Below the pieces are notes generated by a model, which was not told the origin of the DNA, did not search any database, and saw only the letters and a program-made list of their open reading frames with translations. 64,000 nt of DNA from Moniliella sp. 'wahieum' (Eukaryota), in contig RSEE01000009.1 in assembly GCA_003971905.1 (NCBI GenBank), positions 186,001 through 250,000 of the forward strand, written 5' to 3'. Position 1 is the first letter of the stretch, and each line of letters opens with the position of its first letter. This document shows positions 63,516-64,000 of the stretch, piece after piece. Made by a program: the position numbers and the translations under genes.

Positions 63516-64000
63516 ATGCGTCTGTCGATTCCACTGGTCGCAGTCAGCCTCGCTGCAGCGGCAACCCGTGCCCAACCCGTCCAGCATGTCTCGCTTGCCC
63601 GGCAGAGCGGGGCTGACCCTCTGGACCCAGCTAGCTACTTGGCCACCAAGTTCAAAAACGGCGATGCCCCCCCCGGCGCCCGCCCAGGCGACGCCGCAGG
63701 CAAACCGTCATTCTTCAAGGCCAGGACGCAGCGCAAAACTCCCAAACAGACTGGTGCAGTAACACCATCTTTATTGGTTCGCCTCAGGTGGGCGGGAGCC
63801 AGACCACGGGCTGGACCGAGCTTCCCCAACTGCTCGGCTTTGACCTCAAGCGTGATCTCTACGTAGGCGACGCCAACCAGGGCGGCATCCTTCCCTACTA
63901 TGTCGAGACGGGGAAAGATCCAACCAAGATCAAACGCGTCGTTATCATCCAGCCCGGCAAGCCCCGTGATAGTTGGAAGTACGCCAGCCTGGCCCGCAAC
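63516..64000 (+). CDS. Secreted protein, possibly alpha/beta-hydrolase-like (3' partial)
   Basis: Signal peptide MRLSIPLVAVSLAAAATRA. A downstream frame reads LPYYVETGKDPTKIKRVVIIQPGKPRDSWKY. Confidence 0.5.

Noticed and set aside
1..64000. Frameshifts in nearly all conserved genes, suggesting mass pseudogenisation or programmed frameshifting
   Set aside because: They affect essential genes and often fall in homopolymers or are 1-bp deletions. Long-read consensus error is much more likely.

Overview
Gene-dense, GC-rich fungal chromosome segment. It looks basidiomycete: short GT-AG introns with CTRAY branch points and a Don1-like GEF. Most conserved genes carry 1-bp frameshifts, which probably reflect an unpolished long-read assembly rather than pseudogenisation, so gene ends are approximate. 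Recognisable genes: Aro8-like aminotransferase, eIF4B, Erv29/SURF4, Sec12, an NDUFA11-like protein, Lag1 ceramide synthase, a head-to-head pair of mitoribosomal genes (mL53-like and bL35m), Trs85, an acyltransferase, an SP-RING protein, an MDR reductase, PP2A B56, Hrd3/SEL1L, a Gpr1/Fun34 transporter, a DHA1 MFS transporter, UVDE, a Don1-like DH-PH-FYVE GEF, aspartokinase and several secreted proteins. Main observations: (1) intergenic DNA is full of TGA/TCA-[4-bp palindrome]-TGA/TCA units, with more than 40 counted by eye against about 4 expected; (2) a young full-length Copia element and a separate 1.4-kb non-autonomous LTR element share an unusual primer-binding site resembling the complement of a tRNA-Tyr(GUA) anticodon arm; (3) a three-exon, 12-Cys metallothionein-like gene is missed by the ORF track; (4) the Copia element splits a host reading frame.
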